Notes: generated from the letters alone by a model not told the origin. Numbered from the stretch's first letter, positions 1 to 9,424 are shown. The stretch is DNA of 32,000 nt from Propionibacterium freudenreichii subsp. freudenreichii (GCF_000940845.1 NZ_CP010341.1:540001-572000); one strand, 5' to 3'. A program made the numbers and translations.

Positions 1-1
1 G

Positions 2-274
2 CCGGCGAGCCTTCCCTTCGAGGGCCCCATTGCCGAGGAGGCACGGGCGGCCTTCGCCACGGCATGGGGCACCGAACCGGTGCTGAACGGCACCGGCGGA
101 TCCATCGGCATGATCGCCAGCTTCCAGCGGGCCTTCCCGCAGGCGACGATCCTGGGTACCGCCGTCAGCGACCCGCATTCGCGGATGCACGGCATCGACG
201 AGTCGTTGCACCTGGGTGATTGGCGCAAGGCCGCGGCGTCGGAGGCGCTGCTGCTCGACCGCCTGGCCCGCTGA
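2..274 (+). CDS. M20/M25/M40-family metallopeptidase (dipeptidase-like), C-terminal fragment; 5' end lies outside the window
   Basis: The frame stays open from the window edge to TGA at 272-274. The tail ...NGTGGSIGMIASFQRAFPQATILGTAVSDPHSRMHGIDESLHL... matches the conserved C-terminus of M20 dipeptidases (GGSIP...DP.S.AHG.NE). Confidence 0.75.
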   Translation, partial: PASLPFEGPIAEEARAAFATAWGTEPVLNGTGGSIGMIASFQRAFPQATILGTAVSDPHSRMHGIDESLHLGDWRKAAASEALLLDRLAR

Positions 275-750
275 TGGCCGAGGACTTCACCCCTCGCTAC
301 GAGAGCTATCCCGACCGGCTGATCCGCGAGGCGATGGAGCGTGGCGATTTCGCCGACAACCCCTTGCGCGGCAAGCCGGTGAAGCTGGGGCGTCCCGGCG
401 AGCAGAAGAGCTGGATCCAGGAGCGCCTGGAGCGCGAGGACCTGTCCGGCATCCTGCCCCCACCCCTGCAACTACGGCGTGAGAAGGCCCGGATCGCCCG
501 CACACTGGCCAATGTGCCCACCGAGCAGCAGGCACGCCAGATCATCGACGCCCTCAACGAGCGCATCAGGGACGCCAACCTGAACCCGGCCACCCAGCCG
601 CGCGTGGTGATCTCCCTGTTGGACGCCGAACAGGCGCTGTCCGACTGGCGTGACGCCCACCCCGGCGCCCCCTCGCACGGTCCGAAGCGGGGTCCCAGCG
701 GCCCTGCGGATGGGCGGGCGGATCGCCCCGGGGACAGCGGGCAGCGATAA
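274..750 (+). CDS. DUF1992 (DnaJC28-like) domain protein
   Basis: ATG at 274 overlaps the upstream TGA (cTGATGg). The N-terminus MAEDFTPRYESYPDRLIREAMERGDFADNPLRGKPV matches the DUF1992 signature. The track ORF start at 220 is probably too far upstream. Confidence 0.8.
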   Translation: MAEDFTPRYESYPDRLIREAMERGDFADNPLRGKPVKLGRPGEQKSWIQERLEREDLSGILPPPLQLRREKARIARTLANVPTEQQARQIIDALNERIRDANLNPATQPRVVISLLDAEQALSDWRDAHPGAPSHGPKRGPSGPADGRADRPGDSGQR

Positions 751-880
751 CCGCGCTCCGCTCGTGGCGCGCCACCGCCCCAATCGGCGTCGTGCGGTTG
801 CCCGCACCCCGCCGATCCACGAGAATCAGGCATATCGATTGGTGCTGACCGGTTGACGGCGAACCAGGGGGACATACGCG

Positions 881-2557
881 ATGAAGTCCGATGTTGAGAT
901 CGCAATGGAAGCAACGCTCAAGCCCATCTCGCAGGTGGCTGAGACGTTGGGCATCCAGCCCGAGGAATATGACCCCTACGGGCGCGACAAGGCAAAGCTG
1001 TCATTGTCGTTGCTGGATCGCATCGCCGATCGTCCCGACGGCAAGCTGGTGCTCGTCACGGCCATCAACCCCACCCCTGCCGGTGAGGGGAAGACCACCA
1101 CGAACATCGGCCTGTCGATGGCCCTGAACCGGCTGGGCAAGAAGGCCATCACCACCATCCGCGAACCCTCCCTGGGCCCCGTGTTCGGCATCAAGGGCGG
1201 CGCGGCCGGGGGCGGCTACGCCCAGGTGCTGCCGATGGACGACCTCAACCTGCAGTTCACCGGCGACATGGAGGCGATCGGGGCCGCCAACAACCTGTTG
1301 TGTGCCCTGCTCGACAACTCCCTGCACCAGGGCAACCCCCTGGGCATCGACTCCCAGCGCGTGGAACTGCGTCGGGTGCTCGACATGAACGACCGCGCCC
1401 TGCGCAACATCGTCATCGGGCTGGGCAAGCGTTCCGACGGCGTGCCCCGCGAGAGCGGCTTCGACATCACCGTGGCCTGCGAGGTGATGGCCATCCTGTG
1501 TCTCACCGCCGGCATGGACGACCTGAAGGCCCGCCTGGCCCGCATGGTCACCTCCTACAACGGCGACTTCGACGCCGTCACCGCCGAACAGCTGGAGGCC
1601 ACCGGTGCCATGGCCCTGCTGCTGAAGGACGCCATCAAGCCCAACCTGGTGCAGACCATCGACAACACCCCGGCCATCGTGCACGGCGGCCCCTTCGCCA
1701 ACATCGCGCACGGCTGCAACTCGGTGCTGGCCACCCGCATGGCACTCAAGCTGGGCGACTACACGATCACCGAGGCCGGCTTCGGCGCCGACCTGGGCGC
1801 CGAGAAGTTCTTCGACATCGTCTGTCCCTCGGCCGGTTTCCAGCCCGACGGGTCGGTGCTGGTCGCCACCGTGCGCGCCCTGAAGTACAACGGCGGGCAG
1901 GGCGTCAAGGAGCTGGGAACCGAGGACCTGGACGCCCTGGGCCGGGGAATGGCCAACCTGGAACGCCACGTGGAGAACCTGCGCAGCTACGGCGTGCCGG
2001 TGCTGGTGGCCATCAACCGCTTCCCCGCCGATACCGAGGCCGAGCTGGCGCTGGTGCGTGAACGCTGCACGGCGATGGGCGTCAGGGTGGTCGATTCAGA
2101 GGTCTTCGCCAAGGGTGCCGACGGCGGCATCGAACTGGCCAACGCGGTGGTCGAGATGTGCGAGCATCCCACGCAGCCGGCCCGCTTCCAGCCCCTGTAC
2201 CGTCCCGAGCAGGGACTGCGGGCCAGCATCGAGCGGGTGGCCCGTGAGATCTACCGGGCCGACTCGGTGCACTTCACCTCGCTGGCTGAATCTCAGCTGG
2301 CGCGGCTCACCAAGGCCGGCTTCGGTGGGCTGCCGGTGTGCATCGCCAAGACCCAGTACTCCTTCAGCGACGATCCGCACCTGCTGGGTGCCCCCACCGG
2401 ATTCGAGATCACGGTGCGTGAGCTGTCGGTGCGGGCCGGGGCCGGGTTCGTGGTGGCCTTCACCGGCAACATCATGACGATGCCGGGCCTGCCCAGGCAT
2501 CCCGCGGCGGCCGGCATGGACATTGAGGCGGACGGCACCATCATCGGCCTGAGCTGA
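881..2557 (+). CDS. fhs: formate--tetrahydrofolate ligase
   Basis: 558 aa with full-length family hallmarks (MKSDVEIA..., PTPAGEGKTTT P-loop, ...FTGNIMTMPGLP). A GGGGGA Shine-Dalgarno lies upstream. Confidence 0.97.
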   Translation: MKSDVEIAMEATLKPISQVAETLGIQPEEYDPYGRDKAKLSLSLLDRIADRPDGKLVLVTAINPTPAGEGKTTTNIGLSMALNRLGKKAITTIREPSLGPVFGIKGGAAGGGYAQVLPMDDLNLQFTGDMEAIGAANNLLCALLDNSLHQGNPLGIDSQRVELRRVLDMNDRALRNIVIGLGKRSDGVPRESGFDITVACEVMAILCLTAGMDDLKARLARMVTSYNGDFDAVTAEQLEATGAMALLLKDAIKPNLVQTIDNTPAIVHGGPFANIAHGCNSVLATRMALKLGDYTITEAGFGADLGAEKFFDIVCPSAGFQPDGSVLVATVRALKYNGGQGVKELGTEDLDALGRGMANLERHVENLRSYGVPVLVAINRFPADTEAELALVRERCTAMGVRVVDSEVFAKGADGGIELANAVVEMCEHPTQPARFQPLYRPEQGLRASIERVAREIYRADSVHFTSLAESQLARLTKAGFGGLPVCIAKTQYSFSDDPHLLGAPTGFEITVRELSVRAGAGFVVAFTGNIMTMPGLPRHPAAAGMDIEADGTIIGLS

Positions 2558-2643
2558 ACGCCGACGTCCCAGTCCTGAAACGCCAGTCGCGGAACGCCAG
2601 CCTCAAAACGTCAGTCCCGGAAACGCGCCAGACCCGAAATGCC
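2551..2643. repeat. degenerate ~14-nt tandem repeat AG(Y)CNNGRAAACGYC, 5 contiguous units plus a partial unit overlapping the fhs stop
   Basis: Read directly: agctgaacgcc / agtcctgaaacgcc / agtcgcggaacgcc / agcctcaaaacgtc / agtcccggaaacgcgcc / agacccgaaatgcc. It lies in the convergent gap between fhs and the AAA kinase gene. Confidence 0.7.
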
Positions 2644-2658
2644 GGGACCGGCGGGTGC

Positions 2659-3276
2659 TCAGGCTTGGGCCCGCCGCGCGCCGCGTCGGCTGATGCGCAC
2701 CGGCTGGTTGTCGCTGGCGAAGCTGGCCACCAGGGCCATCACGTGGTCCACATCGAGCCCCTTCGAGGTATCGATGGCCAGTCGCGGCTCGTCGCCCCAG
2801 AAGGCGGTCTTCATGTTGCGCTCGATCACCTGCTCCCAGGTGAGCTGACTGCCGTCACCGTTGGCGCGGTGGTGCTCGATGCGACGCTGGTGCTCGGCCT
2901 GGTCGGAGCAGGTGGTCACCAGGAACATGTGGTCCACGTGCAGCTCATCGGCCAGGCCCACCCACAGGGCACGGGTCTCGGCCTTGTAATTGGCGGCATC
3001 GACGATCACATCGAGGCCATTGCGCAGGTTCGCCCGCGCCACTGCCGCCGCCGCGTCATAGGCGGCCGTGGTGGTGGCCTCATTGCGCCAGATGCCGGCC
3101 CCGATGATGGCCTCCTCCAGGGCGTCCACCTGCACCAGCACCGCCTTCATGCGGGTGGCCAGCTGTTCGGCGAGCTCGCTCTTGCCGGTTGCGCGGAGTC
3201 CTGCCATCGCGATGAGCATCGGGACCGAATGCCTGCTTCCTGGATCGGGGGAGTGCTGGATCAACCGGGCGGCCAT
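2659..3276 (-). CDS. AAA_33-type P-loop kinase/ATPase
   Basis: Walker A motif MAGLRATGKSELAEQLA. The ATG at 3276 lies 1 nt after the stop of the upstream UPF0210 gene, so it is probably co-translated as the last gene of the operon. Confidence 0.75.
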   Translation of the reverse strand: MAARLIQHSPDPGSRHSVPMLIAMAGLRATGKSELAEQLATRMKAVLVQVDALEEAIIGAGIWRNEATTTAAYDAAAAVARANLRNGLDVIVDAANYKAETRALWVGLADELHVDHMFLVTTCSDQAEHQRRIEHHRANGDGSQLTWEQVIERNMKTAFWGDEPRLAIDTSKGLDVDHVMALVASFASDNQPVRISRRGARRAQA

Positions 3277-3277
3277 G

Positions 3278-4627
3278 TCAGCTGCGGAAGCTGTGCACCG
3301 GCGCCGGAAGGCGTCCGCCGCGGCTGATCAGGTGTTCGGCGCTCGACGGGTTGACCGCCATCACCGGTGCACGGCCCATCAGGCCGCCGAAGTCGATCTC
3401 GTCGCCGACAGTAGCGCCCGGCACGGGGATCACGCGCACGGCGGTGGTCTTGTTGTTCATCATGCCGATCGCGGCCTCGTCGGCGATGATGCCCGAGATG
3501 GTCGACGCCGGGGTGTCGCCCGGAATGGCGATCATGTCCAGCCCCACCGAGCAGATTGCGGTCATCGCCTCCAACTTGGCAAGGCTCAGCGAACCCGACC
3601 GCACCGCATCGATCATGGCGGCGTCCTCGCTGACCGGGATGAACGATCCCGACAGCCCACCGACGTGCGAGCAGGCCATCAGCCCGCCCTTCTTCACGGC
3701 GTCGTTGAGCAGCGCGAGCGCCGCCGTGGTGCCATGGCCGCCCACCGTGCCGACGCCCATCGTCTCGATGATCTCCGCCACGGAATCGCCCACGGCGGGG
3801 GTGGGTGCCAGCGACAGGTCGACGATGCCGAAGTCGACGTTGAGCCGCTCGGCGGCCATCGTGCCCACCAGCTGGCCCATCCTGGTGATCTTGAAGGCGG
3901 CCTTCTTGATGGTCTCCGACATCTCGCCCCAGGTGGCCTCGGGCACCTTGTCGAGGGCCCGCTTCACCACGCCGGGGCCCGAGACGCCCACGTTGATGCA
4001 GCAGTCACCCTCCTCCACGCCGTGGAAGCCGCCGGCCATGAACGGATTGTCGCCCACCGCATTGCAGAAGACCACGAACTTGGAGCAGCCGATGCCGTCG
4101 GTGGCCTGCGCGAGCTCCTGGATCACCTCTCCGGTGCGTGCCACCGCCGTCATATTGATGCCGGCCTTGGTCGAGCCGATGTTGATCGACGAACAGACCA
4201 CGTCGGTGGCCGCCAGGGCGGCGGGGATCGAGTCGAGCAGGCGGCGGTCCGCGGCGGTGCTTGACTTCGACATGAGCGCCGAGAAGCCGCCGACGAAGTC
4301 GACGCCCACTTCCTTGGCGGCGCGGTCGAGGGTCTCGGCGAAGCCGGTGTAGTCGTCCACCTCCGACCCGGCGGCGACGATCGACATCGGCGTGATCGTG
4401 ATGCGCTTGTTGATGATCGGGATGCCCAGCTCGGTCTCAATGCCCTGGGCCGTGGTCACCAGGTCGCGTGCCTGGTGGGTGATGCGGTCGTAGATCTTGC
4501 GCTGGGCCACCCTGGGGTCGTGGTCGGCACAGTCGAGCAGCGAGATGCCCATGGTCACGGTGCGGATATCGAGGCGGTTGTCCTCGATCATCTCGATGGT
4601 CTCGAGGATGTCGTGTGTGGTGTCCAT
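3278..4627 (-). CDS. UPF0210 / DUF711 (PFL-like) family protein
   Basis: 449 aa. The N-terminus [33 protein letters not shown] is characteristic of UPF0210. It follows the partner ACT-domain gene by 3 nt. Confidence 0.9.
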   Translation of the reverse strand: MDTTHDILETIEMIEDNRLDIRTVTMGISLLDCADHDPRVAQRKIYDRITHQARDLVTTAQGIETELGIPIINKRITITPMSIVAAGSEVDDYTGFAETLDRAAKEVGVDFVGGFSALMSKSSTAADRRLLDSIPAALAATDVVCSSINIGSTKAGINMTAVARTGEVIQELAQATDGIGCSKFVVFCNAVGDNPFMAGGFHGVEEGDCCINVGVSGPGVVKRALDKVPEATWGEMSETIKKAAFKITRMGQLVGTMAAERLNVDFGIVDLSLAPTPAVGDSVAEIIETMGVGTVGGHGTTAALALLNDAVKKGGLMACSHVGGLSGSFIPVSEDAAMIDAVRSGSLSLAKLEAMTAICSVGLDMIAIPGDTPASTISGIIADEAAIGMMNNKTTAVRVIPVPGATVGDEIDFGGLMGRAPVMAVNPSSAEHLISRGGRLPAPVHSFRS

Positions 4628-4630
4628 GGC

Positions 4631-4900
4631 TTACAGCTCGTGCATCGCGTGGAAGATGGCCTCGGACTGCACGCGCACGTCCACCTGCGTCGACTCACCG
4701 GTGCGACGCAGCTCGTCGGCAACCTCGCCGATGCCGTGGCGCGACTCGTCGAGCTCGCACTGCATGATCATGGTGAAGTAGTCGCCCATGATGGTCTGGG
4801 TGATGTTGAGGATGTTGATGCCCAGCTCACACAGTCGCGTGCTCACAGCAGCGACGATTCCCGTGTGATCCAGACCGGTGACGGTGACGATCGCGATCAT
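4631..4900 (-). CDS. ACT-domain protein, UPF0237 family
   Basis: The 89-aa product MIAIVTVTGLDHTGIVAAVSTRLCELGINILNITQTIMGDYFTMIM... is the typical partner of UPF0210. ATG at 4898-4900 was chosen over the longer track ORF, whose N-terminal extension has no family similarity. Confidence 0.85.
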   Translation of the reverse strand: MIAIVTVTGLDHTGIVAAVSTRLCELGINILNITQTIMGDYFTMIMQCELDESRHGIGEVADELRRTGESTQVDVRVQSEAIFHAMHEL

Positions 4901-4907
4901 GCTGCTT

Positions 4908-4913
4908 AGCCTA
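4908..4913 (-). promoter_or_regulatory. -10-like hexamer TAGGCT, 7 nt upstream of the ACT-gene ATG (candidate leaderless promoter)
   Basis: The minus strand reads CTAGGCTAAGCAGC-ATG. No Shine-Dalgarno is present. Confidence 0.4.
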
Positions 4914-5169
4914 GTGGGGCAATCGCGGCCCACGATGCGCATGCCTGCCGGCGGGACGCACGAGCGCTGGGCGGGGGATCCGGTGGGTTCGTGGGGCCGG
5001 CGAATCGTGCCCGGCCCGCCGCGGAACGCGACCGCGACGCCCCCATGCCGTAGGTTTGGGACGGAATGGCCCCACCCGGAGGCAACCTTTCCCAACCCGG
5101 GAGGAACAGCTCGGCCGCCACAGCAGGGCCGTGGCGGCAGCAGGACAGTGGCGACAGGAAGGAAGCGGC

Positions 5170-6009
5170 ATGTCTGACGACCCGACCGCCGGCGATCCGT
5201 ATCGGAACGATCCCTATCGGGGCGGGGCGAATCCCTATGGCGCGAACCAGTACGGCGGCGCGTACCGGGGCGGCCAACCGGACGGCAGCTACCCGGGCTA
5301 CCCGCCGCCGGGCATGGGCGACACCGCCCCGATCCCGGTGGTGAACGAGGACGATCCCGACCCCGACGACAAGCGTCCCAGCCGCATTCCCACGATCCTG
5401 GTGACCCTCTTCCTGGGGCCCTTCGGGGCGATCGCCGCCGCGGTGAGCGCCGGGCGGGCCCACGATCGCGGATTCCCGCGCGCCACCTACTGGTTGAGCT
5501 TCATCTTCACCTGGGCGGTGCACCTGCTGATCATCACCGCGCTGGTCGTCGCCTGGCTGCTGGGCGCCTTCGACGGGGTGCTCAAGTCGTCGTCGACCCC
5601 GAGCCCCAGTTCCAGCCCGGTGGCCTCGGCCACCCCCACGCCCAGTGCGACGGCCACGCCCACCCCGACCACCACGAGCGCGGCCCCGACGGCCACCTCG
5701 GCACGGCCGAGCGCATCGGCCACCGCCAGTGCGTCCGCAACGCCCTCGGGCGTCTCCAACCTGGCTGATTTCCCGGCGGGTGCCGCCAAGATGTGCGGTG
5801 CCAGCATCGCCGCCAACTCGGCCACCACCTGCGACTTCGCCACCGCCGTGGCCGATGCCTATCTGCGTTCGGGCAGCTTCGGCCAGGCCGCCACCGTGCA
5901 GGCCACCAGCTCGACGACCGGGCAGACCTACACCATGAACTGCAACATGGACGCCCGGGCGATCACCACCTGCACCGGCGGCAATGGCGCCTCGGTCTAC
6001 ATGCGCTGA
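5170..6009 (+). CDS. membrane protein with Pro/Tyr/Gly-rich N-terminus, two TM helices, Ser/Thr/Pro/Ala linker and a 4-Cys C-terminal domain
   Basis: ATG at 5170 is preceded by GGAAGGAAG. Hydrophobic segments are IPTILVTLFLGPFGAIAAAV and YWLSFIFTWAVHLLIITALVVAWLLGAF. A low-complexity STPSPSSSPVASATPTPSATATPTPTTT linker is followed by a C-terminal ...CGASIAANSATTCDF...YTMNCNMDARAITTCTGGNGASVYMR domain. Confidence 0.7.
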   Translation: MSDDPTAGDPYRNDPYRGGANPYGANQYGGAYRGGQPDGSYPGYPPPGMGDTAPIPVVNEDDPDPDDKRPSRIPTILVTLFLGPFGAIAAAVSAGRAHDRGFPRATYWLSFIFTWAVHLLIITALVVAWLLGAFDGVLKSSSTPSPSSSPVASATPTPSATATPTPTTTSAAPTATSARPSASATASASATPSGVSNLADFPAGAAKMCGASIAANSATTCDFATAVADAYLRSGSFGQAATVQATSSTTGQTYTMNCNMDARAITTCTGGNGASVYMR

Positions 6010-6023
6010 GGCCCCCGGTACCG

Positions 6024-6049
6024 CCGCGGGCCGTCATGGCGGCCCGCGG
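6024..6049 (+). terminator. GC-rich hairpin (10-bp perfect stem CCGCGGGCCG/CGGCCCGCGG, 6-nt loop) downstream of the membrane-protein gene
   Basis: Read directly. It starts 15 nt after the stop codon. It has no U-tract, which is common in Actinobacteria. Confidence 0.5.
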
Positions 6050-6097
6050 CCACGTCTTGTCCGCTCTGGGCTTTGGGGCGCGTGCCGACGAGCACGG

Positions 6098-6103
6098 TAG
6101 GCT
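6098..6103 (+). promoter_or_regulatory. -10-like hexamer TAGGCT, 6 nt upstream of the purF GTG (candidate leaderless promoter)
   Basis: Sequence is cacggTAGGCTgagcgcGTG. There is no Shine-Dalgarno. Confidence 0.4.
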
Positions 6104-6109
6104 GAGCGC

Positions 6110-7651
6110 GTGGAGTTGCGTCCGGGCTGCCCGGTGAGCCCTGAGTCCCAAACCGATGCTGAGCATGACGACGTCCCGCACGACGAGTGCGGTGTCTTCG
6201 GAGTCTTCGCTCCCGGCGAGCAGGTGTCGAAGCTCGTCTACTACGGCCTGTATGCCCTGCAGCACCGCGGCCAGGAGTCCGCGGGCATGGCAGTGAGCAA
6301 TGGCCAACGAATCATGGTGTTCAAGGACATGGGGCTGGTCAGCCAGGTGTTCGACGAGTCCACCCTGAACTCGCTGCGCGGCGACCTGGCCATCGGCCAC
6401 ACCCGCTATTCGACCACCGGTGCGTCGGTGTGGAAGAACGCCCAGCCGACGTTCAAGCCGACGCCCAGCGGCGGCCTGGCCCTGGCCCACAACGGCAACC
6501 TGACCAACACCGACGAGCTCGAGGCCTTCGCCAGGGCGCGCGTCGGCGTGGGTGGCGAGGTGCCCCACAAGTCGTCGATGGACTCGACCAACGACACCTC
6601 GCTGGTCACCACCATCATGGCCAGCTACGACGAGCCCCTCGAGGACGTCGCGATGGAGCTGCTGCCGAAGCTGGTGGGCGCCTTCAGCCTGGTGTTCATG
6701 AACGAGAACACGCTGTTCGCCGCCCGTGATCCCCAGGGGGTGCGTCCCCTGGTGCTCGGACGCCTCCACTCGGGTTGGGTGGTCGCCTCCGAGACCGCCG
6801 CGATCGACATCGTGGGCGGCACCTTCGTGCGCGAGATCGAGCCCGGCGAGATGATCGCGATCGACGCCGCCGGCCTGCGTTCGCGTCGGTTCGCCCCGGC
6901 CCGTCCCAAGGGCTGCATCTTCGAATATGTGTATGTGGCCCGTCCCGACACGGTGATCGCCGGGCGTCGCATCCACAATGTGCGCGTCAAGGTGGGCAAG
7001 ATCCTCGCCCGTGAGGCCCCGGCCGATGCCGACCTGGTGATCCCGGTGCCCGAGTCCGGTGTGCCGGCAGCCATTGGCTACGCCGCCGAGTCGGGCATCC
7101 CCTTCGGCATGGGGCTGGTGAAGAACAACTACGTGGGACGCACCTTCATCCAGCCCAGCCAGACGCTGCGCAACCTCGGCATCCGACTCAAGCTCAATCC
7201 GCTGCGCGATGTGATCGAGGGCAAGCGGCTCGTGGTCGTGGACGATTCGATCGTGCGCGGCAACACCCAGCGTCAGCTCGTGCGCATGCTGCGCGAGGCC
7301 GGCGCTGCCGAGGTGCATGTGCGCATCTCATCGCCGCCGGTGGAGTGGCCGTGCTTCTACGGGCTGGACTTCGCGACCCGTGCGCAGCTGATCGCCCCCG
7401 GCCTCACCAACGACGAGATCTGCCGCTCGATCGGGGCCGACTCGCTGAGCTATGTGAGCCTTGAGGGCCTCATCCAGGCCACCCACGTGCCCAAGGACAA
7501 CCTGTGCCGCGCCTGCTTCGATGGCATCTATCCCATCGAGGTGCCCCCGGGACAGTCCGCCGAAATGGGCCTGGACGCCCCCGAGGCACCGGCCTGCGGC
7601 GGCTATGAGAATGTCGAATTCGATCGCATCAACCATAAGGAAGCTTCATGA
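6110..7651 (+). CDS. purF: amidophosphoribosyltransferase (glutamine PRPP amidotransferase)
   Basis: A propeptide is followed by the catalytic N-terminal CGVFGV. Ntn-amidotransferase and PRTase regions run the full length. Start is GTG 6110 (alternative GTG at 6134). Confidence 0.95.
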   Translation: MELRPGCPVSPESQTDAEHDDVPHDECGVFGVFAPGEQVSKLVYYGLYALQHRGQESAGMAVSNGQRIMVFKDMGLVSQVFDESTLNSLRGDLAIGHTRYSTTGASVWKNAQPTFKPTPSGGLALAHNGNLTNTDELEAFARARVGVGGEVPHKSSMDSTNDTSLVTTIMASYDEPLEDVAMELLPKLVGAFSLVFMNENTLFAARDPQGVRPLVLGRLHSGWVVASETAAIDIVGGTFVREIEPGEMIAIDAAGLRSRRFAPARPKGCIFEYVYVARPDTVIAGRRIHNVRVKVGKILAREAPADADLVIPVPESGVPAAIGYAAESGIPFGMGLVKNNYVGRTFIQPSQTLRNLGIRLKLNPLRDVIEGKRLVVVDDSIVRGNTQRQLVRMLREAGAAEVHVRISSPPVEWPCFYGLDFATRAQLIAPGLTNDEICRSIGADSLSYVSLEGLIQATHVPKDNLCRACFDGIYPIEVPPGQSAEMGLDAPEAPACGGYENVEFDRINHKEAS

Positions 7652-8709
7652 GTGACTCCGCCTACGCACGCGCAGGCGTCGATATCGAGGCCGGCGACGC
7701 GGCCGTTGAGCTGATGAAGGCCCATGTGGCCCGCACCAAGCGCCCCGAGGTGCTGGGCGGCATTGGTGGGTTCGCCGGCCTGTTCGACGCCTCGAAGCTG
7801 GCCGCATACCGCCATCCGCTGCTCGCGACCAGCACCGACGGGGTCGGCACCAAGGTGGCGATCGCGCGGGCGATGGGCGTGCACAACACGATCGGCTGGG
7901 ACCTGGTGGGCATGCTCGTGGACGACCTGGTCGTCTGCGGTGCCGAGCCCCTGTTCCTCACCGACTACATCGCCTGCGGCCACGTCGTGCCCGAGCGCAT
8001 CGCCGCGGTGGTGGAGGGCATCGCCGACGCGTGCGTGTCGGCCGGCTGCGCGCTGCTGGGCGGGGAGACGGCCGAGCATCCGGGACTCATGGAGCCCGAT
8101 GAATACGACATTGCCGGCGCAACCACCGGTGTGGTGGAGGCCGATGAGCTCCTGGGCCCCGACCGGGTGCAGCCCGGCGACGTGGCCCTGGCGATGGCCA
8201 GCAGTGGCCTGCACTCCAACGGCTACTCGCTGGTGCGCCATGTGCTGCTGGACGAGGGCGGGCTGTCGCTGGACGCGACGATTCCCCAGTTGGGTCGCAC
8301 GCTGGGCGAGGAACTGCTGGAACCCACCCATGTCTATGCCGGTCAGGTGATGAAGCTGCTCGACCGGGTGAGCGTGCACGCGATGAGCCACATCACCGGT
8401 GGCGGCCTGGCCGCCAACCTGGTGCGGGTGGTGCCGCAGGGCATGCGGGTGGACGTCGACCGCGCCACGTGGCGTCCGGCCGGCATCTTCGAGCTCGTAC
8501 AGGCCACCGGCGACATCAGCCAGGCCGACATCGAGGTCACCCTGAACATGGGCGTCGGCATGGTCGCCCTACTGCCGCCCGACCAGGTGGACGCCGCACA
8601 GCGGGTGCTCGACGAGTTGGGCCTCAACAGCTGGGCATGCGGACAGGTGAGTGCCACCCCCGGGCAGCCGGCCACCGTGGAGTTGTCCGGTTCGCACCCG
8701 CTGTCCTGA
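7648..8709 (+). CDS. purM: phosphoribosylformylglycinamidine cyclo-ligase (AIR synthetase)
   Basis: 353 aa with an ATGA overlap with the purF stop. PurM signatures are present (YARAGVDIEAG..., GGFAGLF, STDGVGTK). Confidence 0.97.
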   Translation: MSDSAYARAGVDIEAGDAAVELMKAHVARTKRPEVLGGIGGFAGLFDASKLAAYRHPLLATSTDGVGTKVAIARAMGVHNTIGWDLVGMLVDDLVVCGAEPLFLTDYIACGHVVPERIAAVVEGIADACVSAGCALLGGETAEHPGLMEPDEYDIAGATTGVVEADELLGPDRVQPGDVALAMASSGLHSNGYSLVRHVLLDEGGLSLDATIPQLGRTLGEELLEPTHVYAGQVMKLLDRVSVHAMSHITGGGLAANLVRVVPQGMRVDVDRATWRPAGIFELVQATGDISQADIEVTLNMGVGMVALLPPDQVDAAQRVLDELGLNSWACGQVSATPGQPATVELSGSHPLS

Positions 8710-8942
8710 GAACCGACCGCCCCGATAACCGGCCACCCGAGGATCCGACTGCCCCGGGAGACGGCCGTTCCGGGGCACGTCCCACGGATCCGGCGCCTAG
8801 CGCAGCGGCACCGTCACGGCAAATTCGTCCAAACGTTCGGTCAGATTGGTCCGGATGCGATCCATTGGGTAGCCTTGGCATCACGAATGAACCATTGGTG
8901 CCGCGGCAGAGCCGCGTGAGATAAGCGAGGGGGTCGACCCAT

Positions 8943-9173
8943 ATGGGGCGCGGCCGGCAAAAGGCGAAGCAGACCAAGGTAGCCCGGGATTTGAAGTACC
9001 GCCCGGTGCAGACTGACTTCGCTTCGTTGGAGCGAGAACTCCGAGGCGAGAGTGCTCATGACCCGGATGATCAGGGTCACGATGCCATTCCGGACAACTA
9101 TCTGGATCTCGCAAAGCAGTACGACCCGGACAGTGCCGATGCAGGCGCTGCCGACGACGAGAAGCACCGCTGA
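8943..9173 (+). CDS. DUF3073 family small protein
   Basis: MGRGRQKAKQTKVARDLKY is the DUF3073 N-terminal signature, followed by an acidic tail. The position downstream of purM is the usual actinobacterial synteny. Shine-Dalgarno is GAGGGGG. Confidence 0.9.
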   Translation: MGRGRQKAKQTKVARDLKYRPVQTDFASLERELRGESAHDPDDQGHDAIPDNYLDLAKQYDPDSADAGAADDEKHR

Positions 9174-9424
9174 GCGACTGAGCAGCGCCGGGCCAGTTCA
9201 TGGACCCGGTTGATGGGGGACGAGTGCAGGAAGCACGATCCCGACAAAGGGTCGCATCCTTGCACACCTGAGCCTTCGGGCGAGTGTTCCCATCACTTCC
9301 GTCAACCCATTTTTCGACGCCCGGTTCCGGCGTGCCCACAACTCCTGCGGGAGCTGGGTATGCCGGGACGGGCGTCGGGTGGGGTCATGGTGCGTCGCGC
9401 GTCGCCGAGAGGCAGGATGGACCC

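Noticed and set aside
220-273. The upstream start (220) for the DUF1992 gene and similar long N-terminal extensions in the ORF track (for example 4631-5095, 5056, 9284, 15291, 26952, 28557, 20297).
   Set aside because: The extensions overlap neighbouring genes or repeats and lack family similarity. Internal ATG/GTG codons with Shine-Dalgarno sites, stop-start overlaps or -10 hexamers give family-typical lengths.
751-880. Possible ZTP (pfl-motif) riboswitch upstream of fhs. The leader contains UUGACGGCGAACC, resembling the conserved UGACUGGCGAAC of the pfl motif, and fhs is a classic ZTP-regulated gene.
   Set aside because: The resemblance is one short block ending ~15 nt before the ATG. I find no P1/P2 context and no 3' CCGCCUGGGC pseudoknot subdomain before the start codon. 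A cmsearch with the Rfam ZTP/pfl covariance model would settle it.
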